A stretch of 64,000 nucleotides of DNA from Candidatus Cloacimonadales bacterium (GTDB lineage: Bacteria; Cloacimonadota; Cloacimonadia; Cloacimonadales; JAIOQZ01), in assembly GCA_963674825.1 (NCBI GenBank), contig OY771587.1, positions 1,088,001 to 1,152,000 on the forward strand. Reading direction: 5' to 3'. The notes beneath the pieces are model-generated. The model saw only the letters and a list, made by a program, of their open reading frames with translations, was not told where the DNA came from and made no database searches. Both the position numbers and the translations under genes were made by a program. This document shows, one piece after another, positions 59,826 through 64,000 of the stretch (position 1 is its first letter; each line of letters starts with the position of its first letter).

Positions 59826-61538
59826 ATGCCGAAAATCGAAGTCATCATCGCAAAAGACGGCAATCCGGTGCCGGTGCTGGATGGTATAACACTACACAGT
59901 CGCTACGCACCGGTGGAAGAGGGCAAGAAGCTCGCTGATCGCTTTCTGGCGCAGCACACGACGGCCAAGGAAATCGCCGTGTTCGGACTGGGGTTCTACT
60001 ACCACATCGAGCCATTGGCGGGGCATTATAGCAAGATCCATGTTTACGAGCCAAATCAGGAGATGATCGAGCAGATGTCACGTCACCGCGATAACGCGAT
60101 TCCGTCGCACGTACGGGTATCGTCCGAGCTGGCGGATTTTACGGGAATCGGCGATCTTCCGCTGTACGATCTAGCCGCGATGCGTCGCAAGTACCCGAAC
60201 CACGTGGAAAACCTGCTACGCACGATGCGCGAGAAAAAGGTGGCGACTGCGGTTCGGCACGAGATCCCCGATTACCGTCAGATCCGCGTACTGATCGACT
60301 TCCCTGTGTATGGAGGAAGCCTCACCACCGCGGAATACATCACCAACGCGTTTACCAGACTCGGCTGCGAGGTAAAGACCGTCGATAACACCATCGCCAA
60401 TTCACTCCTGCTATCATTCTTAGCTACCGACGACCGCATCTATGCCGGACAGATGTCAAGCAAGCTGACCTCGCTGCTCTCCGATATCTTCCTGCACGAA
60501 GTAGAGCGTTTCCAGCCACATATCTGCTTCTTCCCGGCCCAATCGCCGGTGACAATCCCGCTCTTACAGCATATCCGGCAGATGAACAAGGCAGTTACCG
60601 CCTTCTGGTTCGTGGAAGACTACCGTCGTTTCGCATACTGGAAGGACTACGCACCACACTTCGAGAAATTCTACGGCATCCAGCGCAATCCATTCCTGGA
60701 TCAACTGCGCCAACTGGGCGCGACCGCTCCAAGCTACCTGCCTATGGCCGCGGATGAAGCGGTACACCGTCCGTTATACCTGACTCCCGAGGAGATTGAG
60801 GAGTATGGTGCCGACGTAGCGTTTATGGGGGCAGGATATCCGAACCGCCGCGAGATGTTCGCGCAATTGCTCGACTACGACCTCAAGATCTGGGGAACGG
60901 ACTGGGATCATCCCAAGCTTCAAGACGTCGTGCAGCGAGAAGGAGCGCGGATTTGTATCGAAGAATCGGTGAAAATCTACAACGCCACCAAAATCAACAT
61001 CAACCTGCACTCCTCCATGAACCGCGACCTTTTCGAGATCGACGGTGATTTCATCAACCCACGTACCTTCGAGATCATGGCGTGCGGTGGATTTCAATTG
61101 GTGGATAAACGCCTGCTACTGCCGGAGCTTTTCACCGAAGGCGAGGAGATCGTGACCTTTGCCTCGCTCAACGAACTTCGAGAAAAGATCGATTATTATC
61201 TGGAGCACCCGGCGGAGCGCAAACGCATCGCCGAAGCAGGGCGAAGAAAGGTTCTTCAGCATCATACCTACACTCACCGCATCCGAAGCGTGCTCAACGA
61301 CCTTCTGCGCGACTTCCCACGCCTTGGCAGCCAACTGGTTCAGGAGAAAGGCAGCATGGACGACTTCCTGCGGCAGGCAAACGATCCCGAATTGCGCAGG
61401 TTCATCCAGTCGCTACCACCGGAGAAGAGACGCTCACTACCGGCGCTTGTCGAAGCAGTAAAAGAGCAAAAGGGCCGCCTCCACGATTACCAGGCAATCC
61501 TGCTGCTGCTGGATACATTTTACAGGAACGAATCATGA
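59826..61538 (+). CDS. CgeB-family glycosyltransferase with a Maf-like N-terminus
   Basis: LHSRYAP.EE and VFGLG.YYH N-terminus; YLPMAAD, FMGAGYPNR, KININLH, NPRTFEI.ACG, HTY.HR. Confidence 0.85.
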   Translation: MPKIEVIIAKDGNPVPVLDGITLHSRYAPVEEGKKLADRFLAQHTTAKEIAVFGLGFYYHIEPLAGHYSKIHVYEPNQEMIEQMSRHRDNAIPSHVRVSSELADFTGIGDLPLYDLAAMRRKYPNHVENLLRTMREKKVATAVRHEIPDYRQIRVLIDFPVYGGSLTTAEYITNAFTRLGCEVKTVDNTIANSLLLSFLATDDRIYAGQMSSKLTSLLSDIFLHEVERFQPHICFFPAQSPVTIPLLQHIRQMNKAVTAFWFVEDYRRFAYWKDYAPHFEKFYGIQRNPFLDQLRQLGATAPSYLPMAADEAVHRPLYLTPEEIEEYGADVAFMGAGYPNRREMFAQLLDYDLKIWGTDWDHPKLQDVVQREGARICIEESVKIYNATKININLHSSMNRDLFEIDGDFINPRTFEIMACGGFQLVDKRLLLPELFTEGEEIVTFASLNELREKIDYYLEHPAERKRIAEAGRRKVLQHHTYTHRIRSVLNDLLRDFPRLGSQLVQEKGSMDDFLRQANDPELRRFIQSLPPEKRRSLPALVEAVKEQKGRLHDYQAILLLLDTFYRNES

Positions 61539-63154
61539 GAATCCTGATCATCAACCTCACCCGCATGGGCGATATAATCCAAACGCTCGGGCTGGTCAAT
61601 GGCCTCTACGAGAAGTATCCCAACGCCGAGATCGACTACCTTGCGATGTCCTCGTTCAAGAAGATCCTGGAAAACTTCCCACGTATCCATCGCGTCATCG
61701 CGATCGACGATCAACCCGTCGTCGAAGGAATCAACGAGGATTACAGACCCGCGTTTATCGAGATCCAACGGGTCATCAAAGAGCTCGCCACTCGCGATTA
61801 CGACATCGTGGTCAACCCGGTGGTATCCATACAGTCTTCCATATTATGCGTGATGATCCCCGCGAAAGAAAAGCTTGGCATGATCATGAACCGCGACCGC
61901 GAGCAGTCCATCAACTCGGAATGGACAGCCTGCCATCTCGCGAACGAGCACAACCTGGGAGATCGCACCTTCAACCTGGTGGATATCTTCGCCGGCGTTG
62001 GAGGCGCACGCGTGCGTCAGGAGCTTTTTCAGCTCCAACCATCCGCAGAAGCGGAGCAGTTCGCGAAGAAGCTCTGGGATAACGACATGCCCGTGATCGG
62101 ATTCCATATCGGAGCCAGCCAGTCGAACAAAGCCTGGGAGCCGGAGAAATTCCATCGCGTCATCGAGATGCTGTTGCTTGATCGGAACAGTCGGATCGTA
62201 CTGCTTGGCGGCTACAAGGAAGCCTCCCTGAAGCCGCTTTTTAGCGACATCCGCGACGGCAACTTCATCGATATGATCGGCGGATGCAACCTGGATCAGC
62301 TCACCGCGGTGATCGGCAGGCTCGACCTCCTCGTCACCAACGACACCGGCCCCATGCACATCGCCGCCTCGCGTGATATTCCCATCCTGAATCTTTCGCT
62401 CGGGCCTGTGAGCTTGTGGGAAACGGGTCCCTACAGCGAAAAGTCGGTGATCCTTCAAGCGGACATCGATTGCCATCCGTGCCGGTTCGACACGCTTTGC
62501 AGTCACCTCAACTGCCACCACTATATCACCCCTGAAGCGGTCTATCGCACCGCGACTTCGATGACCGCCCAACAGCCCATTTCCGAGCAACCGAACATCC
62601 TCACATGGAAGGGCCTGAAGGACATCTTCGGCTTGCAGCACCAGGTGCCGGCCAACCGGCGCACCATCCGCAAGCAGGAATTCCTCTTCGAGTGCAAACG
62701 CGCCATCTGGGCCCTGACACTGCTTCGTGATCTCGATCCCGATACGGACTGGGCTGATAAAGCGCTGGAGTACTTCGATCGCTTCTACGATGTCCCGGCT
62801 CTCGATTTCAGCTACGAAATCGAGCGTCTGACCCGGCTGCACGACATGGTGAAACGTTATGTGGAGCTTCTGGAAGGCCTCTATGCCATTACCGGACGCG
62901 ACAAGAAATCAATTGACAAAATCAAGAGTTCGTGGAGCGCTGTTAAACAATTGAAACAGGAGATATTGGACGATGCCCGGCAATTTTCCGGCATGTTCGA
63001 CCTCTTCCATTTCGCGTCGTTTCGTGAAAGCGCTCTCATCGGCGACGACATGCGCGAACTGGTAAGACGAACCACCGATATCTACCGGAATCTCGAACTG
63101 CAGCTCGCCGTGATGCTGCGAATGCTAAACGAAAAACAGGGAGGTCCTCGATGA
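61535..63154 (+). CDS. Glycosyltransferase family 9 (heptosyltransferase-like) with C-terminal extension
   Basis: RILIINLTRMGDIIQ, VTNDTGPMHIAA, CHPC. Confidence 0.88.
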   Translation: MRILIINLTRMGDIIQTLGLVNGLYEKYPNAEIDYLAMSSFKKILENFPRIHRVIAIDDQPVVEGINEDYRPAFIEIQRVIKELATRDYDIVVNPVVSIQSSILCVMIPAKEKLGMIMNRDREQSINSEWTACHLANEHNLGDRTFNLVDIFAGVGGARVRQELFQLQPSAEAEQFAKKLWDNDMPVIGFHIGASQSNKAWEPEKFHRVIEMLLLDRNSRIVLLGGYKEASLKPLFSDIRDGNFIDMIGGCNLDQLTAVIGRLDLLVTNDTGPMHIAASRDIPILNLSLGPVSLWETGPYSEKSVILQADIDCHPCRFDTLCSHLNCHHYITPEAVYRTATSMTAQQPISEQPNILTWKGLKDIFGLQHQVPANRRTIRKQEFLFECKRAIWALTLLRDLDPDTDWADKALEYFDRFYDVPALDFSYEIERLTRLHDMVKRYVELLEGLYAITGRDKKSIDKIKSSWSAVKQLKQEILDDARQFSGMFDLFHFASFRESALIGDDMRELVRRTTDIYRNLELQLAVMLRMLNEKQGGPR

Positions 63155-63732
63155 AAATCCGAGTCAACGGAGTCGAGAAAACATTTGATATTTCAACCGT
63201 GGAAAACCTTGGTAACGTGCTTGCCAAGCTGAATCTGTCACCCACGCAGCTCATCACCGCGATCAACCTCAACGATCGCCCCCTCGAATCCGACTGGCAC
63301 CAGAAGCAGGACCGCATCTACGTCATGAACGAAGACGAGATGGAAGTCACCTGCGAGGATGCAGCCGTGATCGGAAAACGCGCCTTCCTGATTACCCAGG
63401 AGCAGTTCGGGCAGCTAATCGAAGACCTCGAACAAACCGCCCAGGGCTTCCGTCTGGACGACGAGACAACCGCCAACACGCGCCTCATCCAGTCCATCGA
63501 GAACCTGCAAGCCTTCTTCACCGTGCTGCAGGAAGCGTTCGTGCTCATGGGCAGAGACTTCAATTCCACCCAGTTCGGTGACACCAACGGCCAAGATTAC
63601 ATCAAGGCCTTCAGCGGCAAGCTCTCCGAACTGATCGACGTCCAGCAAAGCAAAGACTGGGTCTTGCTCGCCGACATGATCGAATATGAACTGGTGCCGG
63701 TACTGAAAAAGGTGGAAGGTATATACAGCTAA
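63151..63732 (+). CDS. Hypothetical protein (DWVLLADMIEYEL C-terminal motif)
   Basis: ATGA overlap with GT9; the motif is typical of genes beside flagellin-glycosylation loci. Confidence 0.7.
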   Translation: MKIRVNGVEKTFDISTVENLGNVLAKLNLSPTQLITAINLNDRPLESDWHQKQDRIYVMNEDEMEVTCEDAAVIGKRAFLITQEQFGQLIEDLEQTAQGFRLDDETTANTRLIQSIENLQAFFTVLQEAFVLMGRDFNSTQFGDTNGQDYIKAFSGKLSELIDVQQSKDWVLLADMIEYELVPVLKKVEGIYS

Positions 63733-63903
63733 CTCCTCCCGCAGCTTCTGCATCGCTATAGCATCAAATTTTCATTGACGAATCGCAATATCTTAAAGAA
63801 TGACTTGCATGGAAACAGCGCCAGAATTTTCTGGTGTACGCATACACCAGCGCTACATTGTTTGTAGAATGCTGAATCGTTGATTATTGCAAGGCAGGAA
63901 ATT

Positions 63904-64000
63904 ATGTTACGCACAATGTTGCTCTCGAAAGTTCATCAGGCGGTGATCACAGAGACCGACCTTGAATACGTCGGAAGCATCACCATAGACGAAGATATCC
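63904..64000 (+). CDS. panD: Aspartate 1-decarboxylase (5' part, truncated by window end)
   Basis: [31 protein letters not shown] with the G-S autocleavage site. Confidence 0.93.
   Translation, partial: MLRTMLLSKVHQAVITETDLEYVGSITIDEDI

Noticed and set aside
14335..63801. Several TTGAC(A/G) hexamers with 15-16-nt spacing to CACAAT/CAAAAT/AAGAAT, hinting at a short-spacer promoter class
   Set aside because: Too few and inconsistent examples (14-18 nt) to claim without TSS data.

Overview
Bacterial chromosomal window from a diderm, probably anaerobic organism. The NYPNPFNP/FlgD-Ig C-terminal domains and gene set resemble Candidatus Cloacimonadota (inference). Left part (1-14 kb): large secreted or surface proteins with beta-helix, deacetylase, cohesin, dockerin and Fn3 modules. 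Then a ferredoxin and acyl-CoA dehydrogenase, an Mce/Mla operon with an unusual PqiC-beta-barrel fusion, a solo NucS-like nuclease, a TetR-TolC-HlyD-ABC efflux operon and a frameshifted LamG/FG-GAP gene. The most interesting segment is an AT-rich accessory island at about 36.06-43.19 kb, bounded by a degenerate direct repeat and carrying an IS5 remnant. It encodes a candidate RiPP system: two tandem 41-42 aa precursor peptides (conserved leader, SCNQRTxRCP core, Pro-rich tail; one is missing from the ORF track), a radical SAM/SPASM maturase, a three-gene ABC-2 exporter and a DUF5916-like outer-membrane protein. A 13-bp inverted repeat brackets the precursor pair. Next to it is a P-loop NTPase with a small overlapping TM protein (candidate defence pair). 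Right part: HDOD, fliA, two PpiD/SurA chaperones, a YbbR-like gene, tsaD, a DnaA-box cluster (candidate oriC with no dnaA in the window), clostripain, TPR-HisKA, ArsC, an ABC exporter, CgeB and GT9 glycosyltransferases and the start of panD. No rRNA, tRNA or CRISPR array was seen. Family assignments come from motif recognition by eye, not database searches.
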